Positions 28,905 through 37,934 of a DNA stretch of 51,760 nt are shown here, in pieces. Location of the stretch: contig DATEXU010000170.1 of NCBI GenBank assembly GCA_035256645.1, positions 1-51,760 of the forward strand. The letters run 5' to 3'. The position numbers and the translations under genes were made by a program. Numbering within the stretch: position 1 is the first letter of the stretch; each line of letters begins with the position of its first letter. The notes below the pieces were generated by a model that had not been told where the DNA came from, did not search any database, and saw only the letters and a list, made by a program, of their open reading frames with translations. Origin of the DNA: Thermodesulfobacteriota bacterium. Lineage in GTDB: Bacteria > Desulfobacterota > WTBG01 > JAGOGO01.

Positions 28905-28911
28905 AAAAAAG

Positions 28912-28984
28912 TGAGCCGCACAGGATTCGAACCTGTGACCACCGGATTAAAAATCCGATGCTCTACCAGCTGAGCTAGCGGCTC
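28912..28984 (-). tRNA. tRNA-Lys (anticodon UUU)
   Basis: The reverse complement is GAGCCGCTAGCTCAGCTGGTAGAGCATCGGATTTTTAATCCGGTGGTCACAGGTTCGAATCCTGTGCGGCTCA. Acceptor GAGCCGC/GCGGCTC, D arm GCTC-AGCTGGTA-GAGC, anticodon stem TCGGA/TCCGG with loop TTTTTAA, T arm ACAGG-TTCGAAT-CCTGT. Confidence 0.92.
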
Positions 28985-29039
28985 ACTATTTTTATTTTAT
29001 TATAGAGAAAAATTTATCAAAAAAAAGAATTTACCTCAA

Positions 29040-30341
29040 TTACTTTTTTGAAGGAAAGGGGGGTTTTACTATGATGGTCTCCCCCCGCTCAAACCCTACG
29101 GAAATTAAGATAAACTTTCTTTCCGTCAATTTTTCAAGAAGCTTAATATATTTTCTGGCATTCCTGGGCAAGTCATTATATTTTTTTATGTCCGTTAAAT
29201 CTTCCTGCCACCCAGGCACTTCTTCGTAAACCGGCTCACAGTTTTGCAGGGCGTGAATGCCGGCCGGAAATTCAGAAACCTCTTTTCCTTCTAATTTGTA
29301 AGAGCGACATACTTTTATTTTTTCCAGTCCGGTTAAAACATCGAGCTTAGTTAAAGCCAAATAAGTAAACCCATTGATTCTGTTGGCATGCTTTAGGGCA
29401 ACGATATCAATCCACCCACAGCGCCGGGGTCTCCCGGTGGTAGCCCCGAACTCACCCCCTTTTTCTCGCAGGGTCAGCCCGATTTCATCATTTAGTTCGG
29501 TTGGGAAAGGGCCTTCTCCGACTCGGGTCGTGTAAGCCTTGACAACGCCGACCACCCCATCAATTTTTGTCGGTCCCACCCCGCTTCCGACACAAGCCGC
29601 CCCCGCAACAGTATTGGAGGAGGTTACAAAAGGATATGTTCCGTGGTCAACATCTAAAAGAGTTCCCTGGGCTCCTTCAAAAAGGATGTTCCCCTTTTTT
29701 TCCATTAATTGGTTGATGACTACGGACGTATTAACGACATTCGCCTTTAGTCTTCTCGCCAGAGCAGAATATTTTTCAAACAGCGCGCTTCCGTCAAAAC
29801 CTTCTTGATTAAGGTACTTAGTTAAATAGAAATTTTTTTCGGCCGCGTTTTTTTCCAGTTTTTCCCTAAAAACCTTCTTATCAAAAAGGTCAATAAGCCT
29901 GATTCCCGTTCTGACTATTTTATCCCCATACGCCGGCCCAATTCCCCGGCCGGTTGTGCCGATTTTATTATTTCCTGCTTTTTTCTCTTTTCCGACATCA
30001 ATCAGCCGATGGTACGGGAAAACGAGGTGCGCCTCTTCGCTGATAAGCAGCTGGGTTTCGTCTTGAAAAAAACCGTGCGATTTTAGTTCGTTAATCTCAT
30101 CCAGCAAAGTCTCTAAATCGAGGACCACCCCATTGCCGATGATACAGATCTTTTGGGGGCGGAGGATTCCGCTCGGGATCTGGTGAAGAACAATTTTTTT
30201 GTTGCCGATTACTACAGTGTGGCCCGCATTGCTCCCGCCCTGAAACCGAACGATTGCGTCAGCAAATTCGGTATAAATATCTACGATCTTGCCCTTTCCC
30301 TCATCTCCCCATTGAGCTCCAATTACGATTACATTCGTCAA
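29040..30341 (-). CDS. purA: adenylosuccinate synthetase
   Basis: MTNVIVIGAQWGDEGKGKIVD...GTTGRGIGPAY...433 aa. Confidence 0.97.
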   Translation of the reverse strand: MTNVIVIGAQWGDEGKGKIVDIYTEFADAIVRFQGGSNAGHTVVIGNKKIVLHQIPSGILRPQKICIIGNGVVLDLETLLDEINELKSHGFFQDETQLLISEEAHLVFPYHRLIDVGKEKKAGNNKIGTTGRGIGPAYGDKIVRTGIRLIDLFDKKVFREKLEKNAAEKNFYLTKYLNQEGFDGSALFEKYSALARRLKANVVNTSVVINQLMEKKGNILFEGAQGTLLDVDHGTYPFVTSSNTVAGAACVGSGVGPTKIDGVVGVVKAYTTRVGEGPFPTELNDEIGLTLREKGGEFGATTGRPRRCGWIDIVALKHANRINGFTYLALTKLDVLTGLEKIKVCRSYKLEGKEVSEFPAGIHALQNCEPVYEEVPGWQEDLTDIKKYNDLPRNARKYIKLLEKLTERKFILISVGFERGETIIVKPPFPSKK

Positions 30342-30371
30342 TTTCTTATATGCCTATGCGAGTTAGAGCGA

Positions 30372-30396
30372 TAAAAAGCCCGCGCTGGGTCGGGCT
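30372..30396 (-). terminator. Rho-independent terminator between serA and purA
   Basis: Minus strand: AGCCCG-acccagcg-CGGGCT followed by TTTTAT. Confidence 0.5.
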
Positions 30397-30434
30397 AAGT
30401 TTTCTTTAGTCAGCCTTGGCAAAAAAAACGCTCA

Positions 30435-32024
30435 TTACCCTTCTAACTGGATTTGTTTGACCGAGATAATATTTGGCAACTGGGCGAGGCCCCGATAAAC
30501 CTCCTCAGAATAGAGAGAATCAACTCCCAAGATAACCAACGCCTCACCCTCTTTCTCCCGACGGCCAAACTGCATGCGGGAGATATTAATGTGGTTCTTA
30601 GCCAATGTTGAACCAATATCGCCGATTACCCCAGGTTTATCCTGGGTGTGGAAGAGGAGCATATTGCCCTCGAGCACTGTTTCCAGCCGGAAGTCATCGA
30701 TGCGCACAATCCAGGGATCATGCTTTCCAAAAACGGTTCCGGCCAACCGGCTTTCTCCCGACGTAGTCTTGGTTTTGAGGGTAATGAGGTCAGCGAAATC
30801 AGTTGACCCCGTACTTTTCGCGCCCACAACTTTAATTCCTCTTTCATTGGCGATGTTCAACGCATTAACAAAATTTACATCTTCATCAATCTTTTTAAGG
30901 AGGCCTTGGAGCAAATAAATAGTAAGAGGGTTGAGGTCATACCCGATAAGCTTGCCGCTGTATTCAACAATAACCTCTTCAAGGGCTCCAGTGATTGTCT
31001 GCGATTGGAAACTCCCCATGCGCTCTGCAAGAGTTAGATAGGGCGACAAGGTGGCAAGCAGCTCTCCGCTGATAGAGGGGACGTTGACCGCGTTGTTGAT
31101 AGTCCCATTTACTAAAAAATCCACCATCTGTTTCGCGATATCCACGGATACATTTACCTGCGCTTCCTCCGTAGAAGCCCCTAAGTGAGGGGTGCAGATT
31201 ACTTCTTCAAGCTGGAGCAAGGGATGGTCTCCTGATGGCGGCTCTTCCACGAATACATCGAGCGCTGCGCCAGCAACCTTCCCGGATTTAATCGCGTCAT
31301 AAAGGTCGGCTTCATTAACGATTCCGCCTCGGGCGCAGTTAATAATTCTCACTCCGGTTTTCATTTTTTTGAAGGCTTCTTTATTTATCAGGTTTTCGGT
31401 GTCCTTATTTTTTGGGGTATGAACGGTGATGAAGTCAGCGCGAGCGAAAAGATCGTCAAGAGAAACTATTTCTACCCCTAATCGTTCAGCTACGGCAGGA
31501 GTCACGAAAGGATCATAAACAACAACGTTTATTTTTAAACCTCGGGCGCGCTCCGCAACCACGCTTCCGATTTTTCCCATCCCGATAACCCCCAGGGTTT
31601 TATTGTAAATTTCTGTGCCCATAAACTTCTTTTTTTCCCATTTTTTGGCACGCATGGAAGCAGTAGCCTGGGGAATGCTTCGCGCGAGAGACATAAGCAT
31701 AGCAAGAGCATGTTCGGCTGTGGTTACGGTATTGCCTCCAGGGGTATTCATAACCACGATACCCTTTTTGGTGGCAGCTTCTTTATCAATATTATCTGTG
31801 CCAGAACCCGCTCTTCCGACCACCTTCAGACGAGCAGCTGCCTCGATGATTTCTTTGGTCACCTTAGTGGCGCTTCTTACTGCCAAGCCGTCATAATTTC
31901 CGATGATTGCTTTAAGTTCATCCGGTTTTAAGCCGATTTTGACATCGACTTCAATCCCCTGGGCATTTCGAAAAACTTCTACACCTTGTTCGGAGAGATC
32001 ATCGCTCACTAAAACTTTTATCAT
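30435..32024 (-). CDS. serA: D-3-phosphoglycerate dehydrogenase (long form with ASB and ACT domains)
   Basis: 529 aa. NAD fold GVIGMGKIGS, catalytic CTPHLGAST, C-terminal ACT-like domain. Confidence 0.93.
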   Translation of the reverse strand: MIKVLVSDDLSEQGVEVFRNAQGIEVDVKIGLKPDELKAIIGNYDGLAVRSATKVTKEIIEAAARLKVVGRAGSGTDNIDKEAATKKGIVVMNTPGGNTVTTAEHALAMLMSLARSIPQATASMRAKKWEKKKFMGTEIYNKTLGVIGMGKIGSVVAERARGLKINVVVYDPFVTPAVAERLGVEIVSLDDLFARADFITVHTPKNKDTENLINKEAFKKMKTGVRIINCARGGIVNEADLYDAIKSGKVAGAALDVFVEEPPSGDHPLLQLEEVICTPHLGASTEEAQVNVSVDIAKQMVDFLVNGTINNAVNVPSISGELLATLSPYLTLAERMGSFQSQTITGALEEVIVEYSGKLIGYDLNPLTIYLLQGLLKKIDEDVNFVNALNIANERGIKVVGAKSTGSTDFADLITLKTKTTSGESRLAGTVFGKHDPWIVRIDDFRLETVLEGNMLLFHTQDKPGVIGDIGSTLAKNHINISRMQFGRREKEGEALVILGVDSLYSEEVYRGLAQLPNIISVKQIQLEG

Positions 32025-32041
32025 TTTTTTTTCCTTCTTTT

Positions 32042-33193
32042 TTACATTTCCTTCTCTAATATTTCAGCCGCAGCCTTAACGCCTTTGCCCATCTCGACGG
32101 AGACCCCAAGCTCTTTTAGGGTCATTTCCAAAGCGGAGACAACCATAATAATATCATAAGCATCCAAATATCCCATATGGGCAATCCGGAAAATTTTCCC
32201 CTTTGCTTCGCTTTGGCCCCCGGCAATGGTGATATTATGTTTATCGCGAAGAATTTTTACTATTTTTTGCCCATCTATCCCGGCTGGAGCTTTGATTGCC
32301 GTAACCGCATTGCTTGGGCTGTCCGGGGCATAAAGCTCTAAGCCTAATGCTTTAGCTGCAGCCCGGGTGGCATCAGCCAAACGAGCGTGCCGTTTAAACA
32401 CTTTTTCTAACCCATCTTCCTTAATCATGTTAAGGGCTTCCCTTAATCCCATGATTAAGGAGACTGCGGGCGTGAAATTCGTTTCGTTATCTTTTACTAA
32501 TTTTTTTAGTTCTTTTTTAAAATTAAAGTAGTATTTGGGTATATCTGATTTTTCAACAAAAGACAAGGCTTTATCGCTTAACGTAACAAATGCAAGTCCT
32601 GGAGGCAACATAAATGCCTTTTGAGACCCGGAAACCACCACATCAAGACCCCATTTGTCGACCGGAAGATCAAAAACACCAATTCCGCTGATAGCATCAA
32701 CAACCAACAGGGTATTATCATATTTTTTTACTATCTCCGCGATTTCCCGGATAGGATGCATAACCCCTGTGGATGTCTCGCTCGCCTGAATAAAGACAGC
32801 ACGAATAAAGGGATTTTTTTCCAGTTCCTGAGCAATAAGTTTTGGGTCAACCGCCTGACCCCAGGGCACATCAATACAAATTGGCTTAACCCCATAAGCC
32901 TCACAAATTTCTGCCCAGCGTTCACCGAATTTACCTGCTCGTACTACTAAGGAGGTGTCTCCTTTACAGAGCGTATTGGTTACCGCACCCTCCATGGCTC
33001 CCGTGCCGGAAGAGGCAAGGATAAGAACCTCGTTTTTTGTCTGAAAAAGAAATTTTAAGCCCCCCCGAACCTCTTCCAGAACCTTAACAAAGGCCGGCGC
33101 TCGATGGTGAATGATTGGTTCGGACATGGCCGCTAATACTTTTGGTGGCACAGGAACTGGTCCTGGCGCCAATAAATAATATTTTCTCTGCAT
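32042..33193 (-). CDS. class V aminotransferase (serine-glyoxylate / phosphoserine aminotransferase type)
   Basis: 383 aa. LL.PGPV.VP...L.A, and SGSQKA contains the PLP lysine. Adjacency to serA suggests a phosphoserine aminotransferase role, which is inference. Confidence 0.8.
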   Translation of the reverse strand: MQRKYYLLAPGPVPVPPKVLAAMSEPIIHHRAPAFVKVLEEVRGGLKFLFQTKNEVLILASSGTGAMEGAVTNTLCKGDTSLVVRAGKFGERWAEICEAYGVKPICIDVPWGQAVDPKLIAQELEKNPFIRAVFIQASETSTGVMHPIREIAEIVKKYDNTLLVVDAISGIGVFDLPVDKWGLDVVVSGSQKAFMLPPGLAFVTLSDKALSFVEKSDIPKYYFNFKKELKKLVKDNETNFTPAVSLIMGLREALNMIKEDGLEKVFKRHARLADATRAAAKALGLELYAPDSPSNAVTAIKAPAGIDGQKIVKILRDKHNITIAGGQSEAKGKIFRIAHMGYLDAYDIIMVVSALEMTLKELGVSVEMGKGVKAAAEILEKEM

Positions 33194-33418
33194 TTATAAA
33201 ACCCCCTTTGCCTTGGTTTTTATTTAAGTTTCCATTTTTAACAGGGAGAGGAATTTATCAGAATAACCATAATTGTCAAGAAAAATTTATAAGATTATGT
33301 TGAAATGAAAGCAATTTCTCTTTAAATTAAAGGGAAAAGGTGTTTTTTTGGATTTCCACTTTTTTCACAAACAACCTGAAAGAACGTAAATTTTGTAAAA
33401 AATTAAGAAAGCAGGGAA

Positions 33419-33616
33419 GTGGCTGATAAAATTGAAGCTATAGAAAAAGAAATTAAAAAAATTGAAGATCGCTTGGGCAATCTTAATAAAAATAAAGCTG
33501 AGTCTGAATTAGATAAAAACATTCAGAAGGCAACGGCTTCTCTTTTAAAGAATGTAATAAAAGACCTTAGACAGCAACAGCAAAAATTAATCAAACTAAA
33601 AGATCAAAAGCAATAG
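33419..33616 (+). CDS. small coiled-coil protein, unknown function (GTG start)
   Basis: 65 aa. The sequence ADKIEAIEKEIKKIEDRLGNLNKNK... has a heptad-like pattern. No recognisable family. Confidence 0.3.
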   Translation: MADKIEAIEKEIKKIEDRLGNLNKNKAESELDKNIQKATASLLKNVIKDLRQQQQKLIKLKDQKQ

Positions 33617-33640
33617 GGAACCTCTAATAATTGCCGATTT

Positions 33641-33985
33641 GTCATTTCCGCTTCGTATTCAGAAAGTATCACACGTCGTTTTTGTGTCATTTCGAAGCGA
33701 AGCGAGAAATCTTTTTTTAATATATTCAATGCAGTAAGATTCCTCACGGAGCCTGTCCTGAGCCAGATTCTTCAGTCGCTACGCTTCTTCAGAATGACAG
33801 AGCGAAGGGTTCGGAATGACATTTTTTTATTGTGACACCGTCCAATTGCATTGGAAAAATGACATTTTTAGAGGAACCCAATAATATTGACGGATTCGTA
33901 AAAAGTCCTGTTTGTCACCCTGAACTCGTTTCAGGGTCTCATAAGTCCTTGATTTTACGAGATGCTGAAACAAGTTCAGCATGAC
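33641..33985. repeat. cluster of short hairpin-forming interspersed repeats (GTCA...TGAC type)
   Basis: Units include gtcatttcgaagcgaagcgagaaatc and cttcagaatgacagagcgaagggttcggaatgac. A 72-nt double hairpin at 33914-33985 recurs inverted at 41825-41896. Confidence 0.8.
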
Positions 33986-34060
33986 ATTTTCTATGGGTTT
34001 CAACTTGTTACGAGAGCGTCAAGAGTAATAATCTTCTAAGAAAATATTGTTGGGGGCGCT

Positions 34061-34711
34061 TTGGCCTTAAGGGTTAACGAGATCTTTTTTAGTATCCAGG
34101 GAGAGTCTTCGTACGCTGGCTGGCCCTGTGTTTTTATTAGGCTTACGGGTTGCAACTTACGATGCTCGTACTGTGATACGGTGTATGCATACGAGGAAGG
34201 CAAAGAGAAGACCATTACAGAAATCCTGGAAGAAATCAAAAAATTTCCTTGTATGCTGATCGAAATTACAGGTGGAGAGCCGCTTCTGCAAAGCGATACC
34301 CCCATGCTCATTGAAACCCTTCTTGAAAAAAATTACCGGGTTCTTTTGGAAACGAATGGGAGTCTTGATATTAACAGGGTGAGCAATCAGTGCGTGAAAA
34401 TAGTAGATTTTAAATGTCCCAGCAGTGGAATGTGCCAGTTCAATAATTTAAATAATATAAACTATCTTACCGACCAAGATGAAATAAAATTTATTATCGG
34501 AAACCGGGAAGATTTTGACTATGCCAAGGGAATAATAACTCTTTTAAAGGAAAGGCCTTTTTTAAAAAGGAGGCCCATTCATTTTGCGCCGGTTTTTGGA
34601 AAAATAAAACCCGGAGAGCTTGCCAGGTGGATACTAACGGAACAGGTGCCCGTTCACCTTCAGCTCCAGATTCAGAAAATAATTTGGCCGAAAAAAAAGA
34701 GGGGTGTCTGA
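34061..34711 (+). CDS. queE: 7-carboxy-7-deazaguanine synthase (radical SAM)
   Basis: [34 protein letters not shown]. 216 aa, TTG start. Confidence 0.9.
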   Translation: MALRVNEIFFSIQGESSYAGWPCVFIRLTGCNLRCSYCDTVYAYEEGKEKTITEILEEIKKFPCMLIEITGGEPLLQSDTPMLIETLLEKNYRVLLETNGSLDINRVSNQCVKIVDFKCPSSGMCQFNNLNNINYLTDQDEIKFIIGNREDFDYAKGIITLLKERPFLKRRPIHFAPVFGKIKPGELARWILTEQVPVHLQLQIQKIIWPKKKRGV

Positions 34712-34712
34712 A

Positions 34713-35411
34713 ATGGGAAAAAAAGCGGTGGTCCTTTTGAGCGGAGGGATGGATTCTACCACAACCTTGGCGATAGCTAAAAAGGAAGGGTTTGAAATCT
34801 ATGCCTTAAGCTTTGACTATGGTCAGCGAAACTCTTTAGAAATTAAAAAGGCTGAAAAGATTGCCGGGTTTTTCGAAGTAAGGGATTATCTGGTTATCCC
34901 TGTGCATCTGAAAAAGATAGGGGGCTCGTCTCTTACTTCTGAGGGGATATCTTTACCGAGAGGAAGAGACTTCGGAGAAATTGGGAAAGAAATTCCTTCG
35001 ACGTATGTCCCGGCCAGAAATACCATATTTCTTTCATACGCGCTTGCCTGGGCCGAAGTTCTGGGAGCTGGGGACATATTTATTGGGGTTAATGCGATTG
35101 ACTGCAGCGGATACCCGGATACAAGGCCGGAATATATCCATGCTTTTGAGCACATGGCCAACCTGGCCACGAAAGCCGGGGCAGAGGGAAAATTAAAGTT
35201 TAAAATTCGTATCCCGCTTATAAACCTGAGCAAGGCAGAAATTATCAAAAAAGGGATGGCGCTTGGAGTTGATTATTCGCTCACCCATAGCTGCTACGAC
35301 CCCTTTCCCAATGGCATGGCGTGCGGTGAGTGTGATAGTTGCAGACTTCGCCTAAAAGGGTTTGAAGAAGCTGGGTTCAAAGATCCGATTTCCTATAAGG
35401 AGATTCGTTAA
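34713..35411 (+). CDS. queC: 7-cyano-7-deazaguanine synthase
   Basis: [16 protein letters not shown]-loop, and a C-terminal Zn cluster C..C..C.LR ([10 protein letters not shown]). Confidence 0.93.
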   Translation: MGKKAVVLLSGGMDSTTTLAIAKKEGFEIYALSFDYGQRNSLEIKKAEKIAGFFEVRDYLVIPVHLKKIGGSSLTSEGISLPRGRDFGEIGKEIPSTYVPARNTIFLSYALAWAEVLGAGDIFIGVNAIDCSGYPDTRPEYIHAFEHMANLATKAGAEGKLKFKIRIPLINLSKAEIIKKGMALGVDYSLTHSCYDPFPNGMACGECDSCRLRLKGFEEAGFKDPISYKEIR

Positions 35412-35441
35412 CATAAAATTTTTTCATTAAGGAGGTGTGTC

Positions 35442-35786
35442 GTGCCCGTTATTACGTGTGGAAATTTAAAAGTTCAGGTGGATGATGAAGGTTATCTGGT
35501 AAACTTTGAGGACTGGAATGAAGATATTGCCTGTGTTCTCGCAGAAAGGGAAGGGATTAGTCAAGAATGTCCCCTTACTGAAGAGAAGATGGATATTTTA
35601 AGGTTTATGAGAGAGTATTACAAAAAGCATAATTCCTTTCCCCTCCTTAAGGCGGTCTGTAAAAATATCCATCAACCGAAAAATTGCACCTACGAGCAGT
35701 TTCCTGACCCGATTAAGGCATGGAAGATTGCCGGACTGCCAAAACCTACTACCGAGGTTTTTGCTTACATTAGACACACCCCTTGA
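35442..35786 (+). CDS. TusE/DsrC/DsvC-family protein lacking the C-terminal Cys arm
   Basis: The GTG start follows AAGGAGG. V..EGYL..FEDWNEDIA..LAEREGI..., HW..I.F.R.YY and KIAGLPKP are family blocks. It ends ...AGLPKPTTEVFAYIRHTP instead of the usual ...PKPTGCV. Confidence 0.75.
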   Translation: MPVITCGNLKVQVDDEGYLVNFEDWNEDIACVLAEREGISQECPLTEEKMDILRFMREYYKKHNSFPLLKAVCKNIHQPKNCTYEQFPDPIKAWKIAGLPKPTTEVFAYIRHTP

Positions 35787-35947
35787 TGCCAAGTCGCCTT
35801 CATTTGCATATCTTTGTTGTCTCCTCGTCAGTTTTCGTAAATCGTAAAAAGTTAAACGTAAGGTGTTAAAACACTTCACGCTTCACGTCTCACTTTTCAC
35901 GTTTTGATCGTCGTCGCCTCGATCTGCTTTTGAATGCAACTCGGTAT
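35786..35947 (+). repeat. interspersed TIR repeat, copy B (variant with a replaced or expanded core, 162 nt)
   Basis: Both ends match the 105-nt family (atgCCAAGTCGCCTTCAtttgcatatctttgttgtctcctcgtca ... tcgatctgcttTTGAATGCAACTCGGtat). The central 31 nt is replaced by 88 nt rich in CACG/TTCACG motifs. Confidence 0.85.
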
Positions 35948-36015
35948 GATCTAAGTTTCTGTCTATAAGACGTGGAATAGCAAATAAAACCTTTCAGTGA
36001 GTCTCAACAGGAAGA

Positions 36016-36405
36016 TTAAAAGGTAGAACAAGCATCACTGAGGATTGCGTGGGAAAGAATTTGAATTTCAGGGATACTGAAAGGGTTTTTTAGACAGGCC
36101 AAAGCTCCGCTTTCTAAAAATTCATCACTAAGCCCCTCGGTTGCAAACGCAAGAATAGGAAGAGAAGGATCAATTTTATTTATCCTTCGGGTAAGCTCAA
36201 GACCATTAATTTTTGGGACCGTATAATTCGTGATGATTAAATCGTAGTTTTTCGATTCTATCTTTTGAAGGGCTACCTCGCCATTTTCAGCAGCATCTAT
36301 TTCATAACCAAACGGCCGTAGTGTTTCAGAGATTATAAATCGTATAGTTTCCGCTTCATCCACGATCAAGACCAATTTTTTTCTTGCCCGGATATCACTT
36401 CCCAT
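36016..36405 (-). CDS. single-domain response-regulator receiver protein with Asn in place of the phospho-acceptor Asp
   Basis: LVLIVDEAE..., YDLIITNYTVPKINGLEL (CheY D57 position is N), ILAFAT (T87 equivalent) and CLKNPF (K109 equivalent). Confidence 0.8.
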   Translation of the reverse strand: MGSDIRARKKLVLIVDEAETIRFIISETLRPFGYEIDAAENGEVALQKIESKNYDLIITNYTVPKINGLELTRRINKIDPSLPILAFATEGLSDEFLESGALACLKNPFSIPEIQILSHAILSDACSTF

Positions 36406-36550
36406 TTTAGGAAATTCACCTCCCCCGGAGGGTAAAGAACCCTTTTTCTCTTGAAAGCAGTTAAGAACATACCTTCAAGGAATTTTGGGCCCCTAAATTT
36501 GTTTAAGGGCCCTCATCCTTGGCGTTTAATCAAAGACGCACAAAAAATGG

Positions 36551-36733
36551 TTATTTCTTTTTGGCCTTCTTTTTGGCCGGGGCTTTTTTTGCTGGTTTTG
36601 CGCATTTTGCTTTTTTCATTTCATCCTCCAATTTCTTTACTTTGTTTTTGTACATGCCAACTTTTTTAGTTAGACTGTTGATAGATGTTTTGGCGTACTT
36701 AATCCTGAGCTCTAGTTGCTTTGGCGTAGCCAT
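36551..36733 (-). CDS. small lysine/alanine-rich basic protein (histone H1/Hc1-like tail)
   Basis: MATPKQLELRIKYAKTSINSLTKKVGMYKNKVKKLEDEMKKAKCAKPAKKAPAKKKAKKK. AAGGAGG lies 8 nt upstream of the ATG. Confidence 0.6.
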   Translation of the reverse strand: MATPKQLELRIKYAKTSINSLTKKVGMYKNKVKKLEDEMKKAKCAKPAKKAPAKKKAKKK

Positions 36734-36972
36734 ATCTTTTCCTCCTTTCTAGGAAAAAAGATACAATATATTGTAAGCTAAAAATTTAACTACCACAACA
36801 TATAGGACGATGTCAACAAAAAAATGCATTAATTTGTTTTTTTTCTGCTTATCCAACATGTTACCGCATGACAGGGATTTTTTATCGCCAAAACCACAAA
36901 AACCGTATAGAAACGAAAAAAGCAAAATTTCTTTTTTATTAAATAATTTTAAATGGTTTTAATTAATTTTAC

Positions 36973-37002
36973 TTGACCAGCCGGCGATTTTTTCAGTATA
37001 CT
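36973..37002 (+). promoter_or_regulatory. sigma70-like promoter
   Basis: TTGACC (36973-36978), 18-nt spacer, TATACT (36997-37002), 47 nt upstream of the 37049 start. Confidence 0.4.
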
Positions 37003-37048
37003 AATAAATAGAGAAGAATATTCATTGGATAAAAAGACAGGGGGCATC

Positions 37049-37720
37049 ATGAAAATAAAAAAATCTCGTCCAATTCAACAGATAATCGAAGACCAGGTGA
37101 ATAATTGGAAATCTGCCCTTCCGCACAAGGAAGAAAAGAAAATAACGGTAGTTACTATTTCAAGGCAGGCCGGGAGCGGAGGCCATATTTTAGCTCAACG
37201 GGTTGCTCAGAAATTGAGTTTCGATTTCTTTGACCAGGAGATAACCCAAGCAGTGGCTGAAAACGCCCACATGAGAACCTTAGTGGTGGAATCATTGGAC
37301 GAAAAGGGGATTTCTGCGATAGATGACATAATTTCAGCGGTGGTGGAAAAACATCATCTCTGGGGGTACGAATATATGCAGCATCTTTTGAGGGTGATTG
37401 CTACCATAGGAAAACATGGCAACGCAGTGATATTGGGCAGGGGAGCGAATTTTATTCTTCCCCGAGAAGAAATTTTACGGGTAAGGGCGATAGCCCCACT
37501 GGCAGTTCGGGTTAAAAATATTGCCGAGCGGCTTAAGCTTTCTTCTGAACAAGCTAAAGAATACATCCAAAAAATTGAAGTGGAGCGGAAAGATTTTATT
37601 AAGAAATATTTTAAAGCTGACATTGATGATCCAGAAAATAATGATCTGGTGATCAATTTGGAAAAGCTGAGCATAGAGACTGCGATCGAAACAGTAAACG
37701 CCGCCCTGAAATCCTCATAA
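37049..37720 (+). CDS. cytidylate kinase-like family P-loop protein
   Basis: ITVVTISRQAGSGGHILAQRVAQKLSFDFFDQEI is typical of the Cytidylate_kin2 family. The ATG at 37049 follows AGGGGG. Confidence 0.7.
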   Translation: MKIKKSRPIQQIIEDQVNNWKSALPHKEEKKITVVTISRQAGSGGHILAQRVAQKLSFDFFDQEITQAVAENAHMRTLVVESLDEKGISAIDDIISAVVEKHHLWGYEYMQHLLRVIATIGKHGNAVILGRGANFILPREEILRVRAIAPLAVRVKNIAERLKLSSEQAKEYIQKIEVERKDFIKKYFKADIDDPENNDLVINLEKLSIETAIETVNAALKSS

Positions 37721-37934
37721 GCCAGGGAACAACAGCGCTTGCGAAAAAAACAGGGGGGAATTTCCCTGGGGACCCTTTTCTGGCCCCAAAAACTTTTCAT
37801 TGGCCCTCTTTTTCGCCTTCGATTTTTTTTGAGAGATTTTTATTTATTGTTCACAGGACCAGGCATATAAAAAATATTTTATTCGATAAGATATTTGTTA
37901 AGCGTGGAGTATCTTCGCCAAAACCGCAGCCACT

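Noticed and set aside
36451-36752. Plus-strand ORFs 36451..36669 and 36519..36752.
   Set aside because: They are antisense to the lysine-rich small gene, which has a strong RBS. Their Phe/Leu-rich products are the mirror image of AAA/AAG codons.
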